From NCBI RefSeq assembly GCF_964188315.1, contig NC_135662.1, positions 38,936,001 to 39,000,000 on the forward strand: a DNA stretch of 64,000 nucleotides, given 5' to 3'. Position 1 is the first letter of the stretch; the number at the start of each line of letters is the position of its first letter. Shown one piece after another: positions 1 through 10,994 of the stretch. Below the pieces are notes generated by a model, which saw nothing but the letters and a program-made list of their open reading frames with translations, made no database searches and was not told the DNA's origin. The translations under genes were made by a program, and so were the position numbers. The stretch is from Podarcis muralis. Taxonomy: Eukaryota.

Positions 1-206
1 CTCTGCTTGCATCTTTATGTATTTCCAGAAGAGTTAAAGAACTGGAAGGAATGTTGTTTGGTGTTTTCATCTATGGAAAAGTAGGCAACAGCTGCATCGC
101 CTTTCCTCCACCCCTTGTAAAGCTCATCTGATTACTCAAGGGCATACATGGTGTCATCTTTTCCCCTTCTTCCCCCAAGAGGTTTGAATATGGTTTAAAG
201 GCATAC

Positions 207-355
207 CAGGAGCAGCTGCAACAACAGCACCAACAGAAGCAGCAGGCGTTGGACCCACGGTTTTCAATCCCTGGCTGTGGCTGTACAGAGCTCGCTGTCT
301 CCTGGGTCACAGATGCTTGCCTTTTGCGCATCTCCATCCGCTCGGATCCCATGGG
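207..355 (-). CDS. RGS20: RGS20 internal coding exon encoding PMGSERMEMRK...GSNACCFCWCCCCSCS (cysteine string); gene continues left of the window
   Basis: Translation matches the RGS20/RGSZ1 N-terminus. Acceptor ttttttcctcatgcag|CCC ATG at 356/355, donor TCCTG|gtatgc at 207/206. Length 149 nt, starts in phase 0. Confidence 0.97.
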
Positions 356-810
356 CTGCATGAGGAAAAAACAGGAAGAAGGTTAGACTCTGTGGAAAAA
401 GCCCAGGCATCAGGTCTACTGCTTCACTCGTAGTCTTGGCACCCAGTGGCTTTCCTAATTGTTGCTAATAGGTGAAGTGGCCTGTGGAGCAGTCAGAAGA
501 AACTGCTTCCTTAATTCATGGTCCTAATCAGATAAGGAATTCTGGGCCGGTAATGTCTTTAAGCCCACCGTGACTGTCATTTTTAATTTGCCAAGTGTTT
601 TACGGTCTTCGTTTCATCCACAGCGCAATGCAGCAGAGTTTTTGAGAGAGCAGGGGAAGTAGGGAAGATTCCCAAGGCCCCACTCAGCAAAATGAGCAGG
701 AGGGACCCCCACGCCACCCCGAGAGCAACAGGGCTGGTTCACCATCTTTCAAAGTTTGGTTTTCTACTCCGTCCTGTTGCAGACACAGGTAATACACATC
801 ACTATCTAAA

Positions 811-1583
811 TTGGGGTCAGCAAACTTTTTCATCAGGGGGCTGGTACACTGTCCCTCAGACCTTGTGGGGGGCCAGACAATATTTTGAAAAATATAAATA
901 CCCTGTAAGCCAGCCCCATAGCTGCCTGTGGACCTGGAGAAAGAACGCACTTGACACGCACTCAGGAGCGTGTCTTGGCACCACCCGCCCACCGGCGTTG
1001 TTGATGAGCAGCAGCCGCTCCATCGGCCTGTCCCCACGGAGCTCCCAGGTGGCATGAACCACATGCTGCAGCCCGTCATATGAGGCCAGGTTGGTGGGCA
1101 GGCCGTGCATGAGGAGCACTGGGCAGGCTGCCACAGCTCGCCCTCCAGCTGTTCCAGTGTGGCCGATGAGTGTGCCACCAGCAGCAGCACTGAGCTGGGC
1201 ACCAGGCATGGGGCAAGCAGGCGTGCCAAGGTGTGGCTGAAGCCCCACGACACGCCCGTCACAATGCCCATGGTGCGGCCCAGACCACAGGCCCACCTGC
1301 CAGCCTCTCGGTCCATGGCCTCGCTGAGTTTACCTCAGTGTGTGGGCGGCGAGGCTTTAGATTGGCTGCAGGAACTTCCTGCAGCCAATCCGAAGCCGTG
1401 CTAGCTTCGTGGAAGTCAGTCCCCAAGCAGTGAGGCGTCTGCAACTTCTTTTCAAGGAAACGCCATGCCACACCAGTTTAGCTCAGCACGGGGACTGACC
1501 AAGTGGGCGGCAGGGTCCACGGGCCAGATTTATGAGCTTGGTGGGCCACATCCGGCCCCTGGGCTGTAGTTTGCTGACCCCTG
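811..1583. mobile_element. Non-autonomous hAT-type DNA transposon carrying captured cargo (Pack-like element)
   Basis: Terminal inverted repeats (tt)GGGGTCAGCAAACT at 811-826 and AGTTTGCTGACCCCTG at 1568-1583. hAT/Charlie-type subterminal motifs (gggccacatccggcccc). Degenerate 8-bp flanks ATCTAAAT (804-811) and ATAGAAAT (1584-1591). Confidence 0.82.
993..1316 (-). pseudogene. SPR: Sepiapterin reductase (SPR) exon-1 fragment, frameshifted, unprocessed, located inside the hAT element
   Basis: Frame A gives GLGRTMGIVTGVSWGFSHTLARLLAPCLVPSSVLLLVAHSSATLEQLEGEL. After a 1-nt deletion near 1132, frame B gives LPTNLASYDGLQHVV...ERLLLINNAG. These match human SPR [25 protein letters not shown]...ADLGAEAGLQQLL...QRLLLINNAG. 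Homology stops at INNAG|gt, the recalled SPR exon-1 boundary. Confidence 0.92.
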
Positions 1584-3787
1584 ATAGAAATGTTGACCAT
1601 TTAAGTCTAAAATGATCTCATTGGAACACTGCCTAGGCTGCCCTTCTCAGGGTGCTCAGACACCTTTCTGAATGTCTTCATCCTGCCTTCCCTGCCCCAA
1701 AAGTTGAGCTGGGCAACAGAGAAAAGGTCACAGTGAGAATGATTCTTGTTTTAGAGAGCTTGAGACAGAAGCAACAACAGGTGCCTCCTCATCTCAGGCT
1801 GCCATGTCTATCTAGCCAGCATTGCCCATTATGACTAGCAGTAGCTCTCCAGAGTCTCAGCCGGAGGTGTTTCCCATTGGCAGCTACCTAATCCTTTCAA
1901 GGGGAGATGCTAGAGATTGAATCTGGGGTCTTTGGTATTCAACACATGCACTATCCCTATGCTTTTATCTAAAGCAGCACGTGAGAATATAGCATAATCC
2001 TAAACATGTCTACACAGAAGAGCACTGAACCAGTGCTTTTGCCTGGCTGGAATGCATCCTTGAACTCTGATAACAACTCTTGGTTCCCTGGTTGAAGGAT
2101 AAAGAAGTGTGGGTGACCATGTGTAGAAACTAGCCTGCTGTACAAAGGTAAATTTTGCATTCGTTGCTCTGCCTACTTTTGCTTCTGGCCTTGTCTGCCA
2201 CTTGCACGTGCCCCCAAAATGTTGGCAAAAAGTTTTCCCATCCTTGTTCATACAGCCTTTTCAAATGGTCACAGGGATTATTTTGGGTTTAGGTAATCGT
2301 TCTCACCTTCTGACCTCACTCTCCTGCATTCTCCCCTTCCCACTGCCAACCGCATGTACCTCTGCTTGCTGATTTCGGATGACACTTCATGCAAATAGTG
2401 AAGCGGAGTATAATCCACAAAAGTTTATGCCACAATGAATTTGTTTAGTCTTTAAGCCACCGCAAGAAATGATCACTACAACACATTTAACAGGATTCCC
2501 CTGCTGGATATGCTTATAAGAAGTGATCTATACATCAGAAGATGCCATAGGAAAGTGAACAAAGAGGAGAATAGCGCTTAACAACAAACCTGTCCATTCT
2601 TATGCAGCAACACAGGACCCTGCACACTTACTATAGTTAGTATATCAGTGTAATTGGACCACTGTGGTGTAGCTGACAGTGAGTTGGACTTGGACTGGGG
2701 AGACCCAGGTTCAAATCTCTGTTCAGTCAACCAGCAAGCTCCTGGAAGACCTTGGGCCTGTCACTGTCTCTCAACCTGCTTCTATGATTAAATAAATGAG
2801 CTTAGCAAACAGCCCTGTGAAATGAAAACAGTGAGGATTCTGTTAGAGATTTGTTGCCCGCCTTGCAAAAGCATTTTTATAGACCACTGTCCAATCAGGT
2901 GTTAATTGTGGGAAAAATAACCTGAAATGTCAAAAAGGGAAAGAGAAGAAAATCAATTTGATCTCAAACAAAGGCCCACATTTCTCTGTTGGTTCTCTCC
3001 TTGTTCCATGTTAGGCCCTTTGTCGAGAGAGGGTTCTGTGAATGGCGCATACGCAGAGCCTGCTGAAGCTGAAAAGGGCTGTGTGTGTTCAAGACTGACA
3101 AGATGATTGGCCTGGCCTTTATTTTCAATTGTACTTTGGCTCTCGCAGCAAACGAGAGCTATAATAAAGCAGATGGTATATTGTTCGATGTGGCTTTATT
3201 CCTGCTTACTTTTGTTCCTAAATTAAGCAGGAACTGGTCTTGCATACATATTCAGGGAGCACAGGTTTTTGGAGGAAATGGAGGGGGAAATACTGTTCAG
3301 GTCATGTGCCTCTTTTGTGTCCTAAATAAATGAAGTTTGCATACCTTCCTTGCTATTGTTGCTGTGGTTCAGGCTGAGGTTTCCTTTCTGTATCTGACAA
3401 AGGCACACTTTAAATAACTGTACTGCAAGGGGAAATTCAGTAGCTGCAACTCATGATCAACCTGCACAGCGGAAGACCATTGCTTTTGAAATTTCATTTT
3501 CATTTCACTTTTAGTTTGTATACTGCCTTTCTATATTGCTATACACAAGGCAGTTTACAAGCTGTAGAAAGAACAAGATATACAGTTCAACAAAAAGCAT
3601 ACTGGACCCTGCTTAGCTTGACAAATATGCTAGCAGCTAAGTCGTGAAAAACTAGGACTTTAAAATAGACAACTGACATCAAATAGAGTGATATTCAATA
3701 CTCCATGCATTATGCAATAAAACTAACTTTCAAATGGCAAGCTAGAACACATATCCAAAGCATAATCACATTTAACTAGCCATAAAT

Positions 3788-3978
3788 CAGGGATGGGGAA
3801 CCTCTGGTGTAATAAACAAACAAACAAATAATATTTATATCCCGCCCATTTGGCTGGGTTACCCCAGCCACTCTGAATGGCTTCCAAATGTTGTACTACA
3901 ATCCCCATCATCCCTGACCATTGTCCACAGGAGCTGGAGTCCGACAATGTCTGGAGGGCCACAGATCCCCCACCCCTG
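3788..3978. mobile_element. hAT MITE interrupted by an L2 3' tail fragment (~3811-3887)
   Basis: Ends CAGGGATGGGGAAC ... ATCCCCCACCCCTG; flanks CCATAAAT / CCAAAGAT; L2 tail motif cccgcccatttggctgggttaccccagccactctg inside. Confidence 0.65.
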
Positions 3979-4679
3979 CCAAAGATACAATTTTCTGTTG
4001 CACACTTCATTTCAAGTAGATGCTGGTTTGAGACACTAGAATCTTGTCCTGAATCCATATATTTGTGGATATTGACTCCTGCATCCCCTTTGAATGAGAA
4101 CACATCCCTCGTTGTCTTTCTGGGCCCTTGTTGCTCCCTTACTTACCTTCAAGCAAATGTACAGAAAAGTAGACAGACATATACAGGTTGGCAGAGATGG
4201 GCAAATGAGTGGAAACGAAGGAGAAAACAAAAGCAAAGCCAGAAGAAGCACACCTCAGCAGAGAGATTTGGGGTTGGTCACATTGTGCAACGTGCCAATC
4301 TCTCCACAGGCAAAGCATCCTGTTAGAAGCAGAATTTTGCAGAGATCACTTTACCTCATGAGCTTTACCTCCCTTGCCTGATCAAGATGTCAGACCATTT
4401 GAAAAGAAGAAGAACCTATGATAATGTGTGTATTAACAAATGGTTAACTCACTGAGAAGTTAGGAGCGCTTCTTTGTTTCTGAAGCTCTTGTTTATTACA
4501 CTCACAAACATCATGTTTCCTTTTATTCCCTAAAGCCAAATCAGCAAATCACAAAGGCAGATGCTTACACTGGAAAAATTGGTCTAATTTAATTGCCAGC
4601 ACTTGTGACTACTTGTTAATTAAAAGGAAGGATGTGCTTAATTGGCTGCACTGGCTGACATTTCATTTCTGGGCCGAAT

Positions 4680-5030
4680 TCAAGGCGATCACCTTAGTGT
4701 TCAAAGTCCCAAATATCTGAAAGACTGCCTCCTTCCCTCCAAACCCTGCTAGGTGTTAAGATCAGCAGGGGGGAGGGGGAACTCTTGGAAGTTCCACCTC
4801 CCTCAGAAGTTTGGAAGTGGGGGTGGCCTGGGACAGGATATTCTCTGGGGCAGCCCCTAGGTTGTGCATTTCCCTGCCCACAGAGGAGTGTCTGGCTGTG
4901 ATACTGCACAGCTTTTAGTGAATGCCGAAGAACACCTGAGTTGTGGGTTTTTGGGGTCCACCTTATTCCTGTGATTCTAAAATGCTTTAACTGCTTTTAG
5001 TTTTAAATTTTAAATTGCTGTAACTTGCCT
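4680..5030 (+). mobile_element. Old L2 LINE 3' fragment
   Basis: Degenerate L2 ORF2 end (gccgaattcaagg...ctgaaagactgcctcc) followed by an AT-rich 3' UTR and gtaact...ccttgggtcc tail. Confidence 0.5.
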
Positions 5031-8000
5031 TGGGTCCTTGCTGGTCAATGTGATGATGAATTTGCTAGATTAAGATTGTTTGCTTCCTCTGAATCCATAA
5101 GGTTGAGGCAGACTTTGAAGGTCCTCAGTGGCACCCTGTGCAAGGCAAAAATTTGGCAGCCCCCGCCTCCTGCCTCCCATTCTGCTCACACAAAGCCGCT
5201 GACCAGAGCATAGATTACAGTAGCCCAAGTTAAGACACTGGTATTACCAGTGAATGAAATTACCAAGACTGAGGCTCCCTTCTGCAGCTACTCCTACTGT
5301 TCAGATACAAGGAAGCTGACTGCACGATGCACAAAGGAACACTATTTATTCATTTTTATCTATGTATGTTGTTTACTTTTTACCACTCTTCATCAAAATT
5401 CATCCCAAGGCAGGGTTTTTTTTATTTAAAAAGTAAAAATATAGTGAACTAAAACAATACACATAATTAATAAAGCAGCAGCTAAAAGAACAAGCTTTAA
5501 TAGCCTGGGTGAATGTTAAAAAGGTGTTTGCTGGGGTATAGAATGGGGGTGGGGTGGGGATAACATGTCTTCCTTCAGTTCTTGTCGGACCCCAATTCCC
5601 ATCAGCTCCAGCTCACATGGCAATGGTCAGGGATGATAAGAGTCATAGTACAACAACATTCAGAGAGCCACATGTTCCCCATCTACAATGAAAGCAACAG
5701 GAAAGCCTTCTAAGTAAGTGTTGCCCAATCAGAGAGCCACGGCTGGAAAGGCTCAGCTGCGGTAGTCAGAAAATGGCCTGACAACCTAAGGCCACTGGCA
5801 GGTTGACATGGGAGATGCTTCTTCTTAAGGGTACCTGTGTCCCAAGAGATTTAGATAGGGAGGGAGAAGCTGTGGACCGCCCGATATTGTCAGACTCCAT
5901 CAGCCTCAGCCAGCAAGGCCAATGGGCAGGGATGGTAGGAACTGGAGTTCCGGAACAACTGGAGGGCCACAAGTTCACACCCTTGATATAGGGTCTTAAA
6001 GATAAGTATTATTAGCATTCTGAATTAGACTTGGAAGTGCACAGGAGGCTCAAGAAGTTCTTTCAAATCTGGCAAAGTGGGAGTTGAATGACTGGTCCCC
6101 ACTAAAATCCTCACTGTTGTATTCTGTGCAAATTGTAGCTTCTGAATAATCCTTGAAGGTAGTTGCACACATCAGTGCTGTCAGGAGACTGCCATAACAT
6201 AAATGACTGTGGCCAGTCTATTCCCTATCAAGGAATTTTGTGCAAGACTGGGTACCACAGACCAAGCAGTTGGAAACTGTGATTCATGGTGGAAGAGAAA
6301 TCTTCAGTTCAGTACAAATATGGAAGCCTCATATTAAAAAGTTATAGAATACCAGAAACTAGGTTGCCTACGCCCAAGTATGATGTTTTTAGCTCTGAAA
6401 AGCTTTGTTCTTCTGCAGGCATTATAAGCATTGCTTTACATTTCAAAGGCAATGCTAGTCAGAACTGCAACACCCACCCACACAGTCACAACAAGAGGTA
6501 CACTGCCCTATTCACTAATAAGCTCAAGCTTGCTTTCGATTTATCCACGATCTATTTGACAGCAATCTGACAGCATGAAGAGGGTTTAAATGGGGACAAT
6601 TATGTGTTCAAATGCAGGCTGCTTTGGAAAACTGGCTAATGTAGATTCTAACTCCGAACCTTCAAGTTCTTAACTTTATTGGAACTATACATATATTTAT
6701 ATTTTTACTATTTGAAGGTCAGAATGCAAAATTAAAATGAAGTCCTTAGGTACATAGGCTACTTCTAGATGACCTGTTTATTGAGCATTTATGCTGATCT
6801 GTTTGCACAAAGTTTGCAGGGATGTTAGATGACATTGGCCAAGATTATCCTCAGTGGTCTGGGGTGCAGGCTTCAAACCCGTAGCTATTTATTGAGCATT
6901 CATTCTTTTTTGCTTGCAGGGAGGTTAAATGGCATTGCTTCAAGCAAGTGTTATCATACACTTCCCACTGTATTTTCTCCATCACTTTCCTTACAGCACA
7001 AAAAAATCCAGTGCTGAAGGGGAAGTGGGCTTGTTGTGCAAGAGCAGCAAATCAGGTTTAATTGTGCAACCTGAATTTGCTCGTAGTTGATTGAATCACA
7101 CCTAAACATGGCAGCAGCTTGACGCACCTTTGTGTGTGTGTGTGTGTGCTTAATGAACTCTAAATTCAGAAAAATCATTAGCTAGTTTGTCAGTCACTAA
7201 AATAGTTACATCTGAGTGTACTGCTTTAGTTAAACTCACTTTGAGTGGGTGGGTGTGGGCATGTGTGGGTATGATATATATATATTGCTGAATAGATTGA
7301 TTATTAACAAAATGGAGCTGAGCAGACAGCTGCTGAAGCCGATGTTCTCAACTGACTCCTGTCAAGGTCTAATTCAATGAGCATTCTGTTCCCCAGGCTT
7401 TCTTATGAATGGCCTCAACAAAGCCAATTTCACTGTAGTATGTTGTGATTCACACCAAGGAATCTGACAGCTCATAGTGGGTGCTGAAATCATGTGGCAG
7501 TGTATGAGCCATGACTCAGATTTTATTGTATTAAGTGCTGAAATCTGACTCTGATCAAATAGAAACTGACACTGTATTGGTCAGCATGGTGGTTTGCCTC
7601 AGGGTGACTCATCATGGAGTGCACAATCATTGATTCATATTCATTTGCCTTTTGAGTTGGAATCCTCTGTTGGAATCCTCATACTGCTGTGCTAGGGTAT
7701 GAGTCCACAGGTGAATCCTAAATTGCATGGGGGACCAGGTATCCCATGTCCAATCCAGCTTGCCCAATGGCAAGGCGTGACTCCCCTAAACACAAAGGAG
7801 ATGCTGATGTGCATTTGTTATGACATCAACACCTGATTGGCAATTATGCAAAGGATGTTAGTGCCATATACGCTAAGGTTACCAGACGTCCCCATTTCCC
7901 GGGGCCAGTCCCCAGATTTACAAATCAGTCCCCATACAAAATCCATTGAAGCTGAAAAGTGTCCCTGGAGTCATTGAAAAAAATCTGGCCACATATGCTC

Positions 8001-9249
8001 TTGTCCCAGCTGCCATGAAGGGTGCCAACTGCCTAAGCCTAAATGCCACATGGGGCAGAGCCAAGGAGAGAAAGCCCTAGGTCAGATCCAAAGGTCCCAC
8101 AAACTGTATCTTGCACATGGGCTGCCAGTTCCCCACCCATGGACTGCCCCCAATGATCATTTGAAGGCTTTTGTGGGGTCCCCAAAGCTGACCAAGTGGA
8201 GCTTCAGGAGAAAACCTGAAGGAAGTGTGTTTTGCAAAGTTGAGACATCTAAAAGAGCCAGTTACTGTCATAATAAAAGAGAAAGTAAGAAAGATGGCCA
8301 GGTAAGATAATCTCTGTTTATCTCTTTTCAATAGCATCTTACAGTATGACAAAATAAAGCAACCTCTACAGTTTCACTAATATTATCCTGCTAATGTTTT
8401 CAATGTCGTGTTTTATAATGAGTTTAGATTAAAATCAGCGGCACAATCCAAACTTTAGCTATTTCAAGGACCACATTAGACATGAGGTGGAAGATATCAA
8501 CAGCAGCCGAGCAATTTTTCTTTGGATCCGGGTCATGGATCCAAGATACGGGTTCACCCTTTTCTTCTGCACCATTTCCCCAATCTGGATATTCTGACTT
8601 GTGAGAACAGGATTCCTGCAGGACTAGATGGACCTGTGGCCTGATACGGCAGAGCTCTTCTTATATTCTTAGTGCCATCTTTGTTTGGGTTCTAAGCCTA
8701 TTGATTTCAGCATGTTTATTTCTTTGGTTAAAATCAGTGTGTGTATGTGAATGTGTATGAACGATGACAAATTCATGGAGAATAAGGTTATCAATGGCTG
8801 CTCATCATGACGCATTAACAGATGGTGTGACATTGCTATCTCAGCTTCCCAACACTGTGCATCACTGACGCTTACTGAGAGGGGTTGGGACAAGGCGGGG
8901 GAGGGGGCTCGGTGTGGGTGCAGGGTCAGGAGCATCAGATTGTCTCCACCACTGTGCCCACACCATGCACAACTCTCTGCTGCCTTGCTCCTCCCCTTCG
9001 GTCACCTGCTTGTCATTTCTACCATGATGGCTATGTTCTACTTCCACTGTGTTATAATCAGAATAGACCCATCAAAATTAGTATACCTTAAGCGTTATAT
9101 CCATTAATTTCAGTGGATCTGCCCTGAGTAGCACTGACACTGGATGCAATCTATTGCAAGTGCATTTTTCTGTGAATGATTTGGAAGCAAAATGCTCCTG
9201 CTGTCATTATGAAGCTAAAGTAGCCTACTATATATATATGAAGTTAATT

Positions 9250-9600
9250 TTGCTCTAATCTGCCTTGGTTAGGATTTGCCCCAGGAGGTGGGATAAAAGG
9301 ACTTTCAATAAATATCAGAAAAATCCATGTTAGGAAAATGTTTGTGTCTGAATATTTCCAACAGAGTGTATAATAGTACTTCAATGTGTGGTTGTAGCAC
9401 ATATTGCAGTAATATATAAAATGATTCCAATTACTATAAAAAAACCTCTTTCTAATATCCTCCAGCCTTCTATTAGGTAGGCAAGATTCCCCATAAAAAG
9501 ACCTGTTCAGAACTTTTAAAACCATTTAGGCTCATCATCTTTTTTCTGCTATTTGGAAATTTTAACTCTCAAGGTTATTAAAAGGTTATCTGTTATTCCT
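9250..9600 (-). mobile_element. Degraded L1-like ORF2 C-terminal fragment
   Basis: Minus-strand frames give QVFLWGILP...IILYITAI, resembling the L1 C-terminus seen more clearly at 50220-51283. Confidence 0.4.
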
Positions 9601-10981
9601 ATTTTTGTATTGGAACTATGATGATGTGTAGCGTAGTGACAGCCCTTTAGGAGCAAGTTTATTCTACAATTTATTTTTTAATACAAGACTCCAAAATGAA
9701 GAAAATCATTAGTGGACCAGTAATATTCTTGGTGCAACTCACGTTCATAATTGTATTTGAATGAAATACTGTATTGTAGTTCAGCTGCTGGAACATCAAC
9801 AATTTAGCTGCAGAATTGACTTTTTAAAAATACCCACTAGGTACTCTTTTCACTATGGGGTACTGGACAGTTTCCCTGCAACGTGACGCTGTATAATTCA
9901 TGACTTACATCATAAAAAACAGCATAACCTCCAAAGTATTGGAGTGGAAATAGAAGAATGGAGCAGCTTTAAGACATGCTATGTTATATTACCAGCTTTT
10001 CAATTGTTGAGGTTCCACTGCAATAACTAGCCAACTGGTTGAGCTGTGCCCAAACCCCAGATTGTGTATGTGCCAGTATATAGTCAGAAAACTTCTGACC
10101 TCCAAGCCTATTGCATTCATACAACTAGACAGACAACATAGAGCCACTTGGTGTTGGACTAGGACCAGGAGACCAGGGTTCAAATGCCCACTCACTTGGA
10201 CCAGTCACTATCATTCAGGCTAACCTTCCTCATAGGGTTGTGCTGAGGATGCAGTGGAAAGGGGAGAAGTGTGTGTTGCAACTTAAGCTCTTTGGAGAAA
10301 ATGTGGGATATAAATGTGCCTATGTATGTGATATATATAGTATCAGCCATAGATTGTATTGTATGGTTAGTGGTTTGCATTTCACTCTGGCTTATGCTGT
10401 GTTGCATACTTCAGATATTGTCTACTAATATTGAAACTAATGAATGGGTTTTGACACTGTAGAGCAAGCTGAATATATGCAAGTCCCACTAAGGTTAATG
10501 TTCTTAGAACAATACTCAACTGAGGATCATGCCAACCCCAAGTTGGCCACTGAGGGCATAAGCCTGACAGAGATCTGCAGCCAGTCCTGGTTCCATGATG
10601 AACGTATGGTATTTGTATAATGTATAACATTTACAAACCTATGCTTTATATTTTAGATGTATATTTTAAAGGCTTAGGCAGATACCCCCCATGGACATGA
10701 TTCATGTGCAAACAAGGTGTTAATATATAACTAGTCAGGTGAGAATGTCAATAGCTAAACTACCCTTCACCATTTAAGAGCCTAGATAATACGGATGTGC
10801 AGTTAAATGAAATTATTCCTGCAATTATGAATCCACCCAGTGATTGATGTATGTGAGCCTGTCTATATGCATTACTCTGCTTAGCTTGGGGTTTTTGCGC
10901 TGCGTGTTTCTGCGTCCAAAATACTCCATATAAACTAATTTTAACAGGCAAGGAGGGGTCCCTGAGGCCTCTTTTCAAACG

Positions 10982-10994
10982 GCGCCCCCTGGCG
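10982..10994 (-). promoter_or_regulatory. CTCF-like motif
   Basis: Minus strand reads CGCCAGGGGGCGC versus the CTCF core CCACCAGGGGGCGC. Confidence 0.55.

Noticed and set aside
71-361. 96-aa ORF as a complete single-exon protein
   Set aside because: Only 207-355 is exonic; the tail after CSCS reads through the gtatgc donor into intron.
684-1316. Functional SPR gene or SPR retrocopy
   Set aside because: Frameshift, damaged TGASRGFG cofactor motif, no exons 2-3, no poly(A); homology ends at the exon-1 donor.
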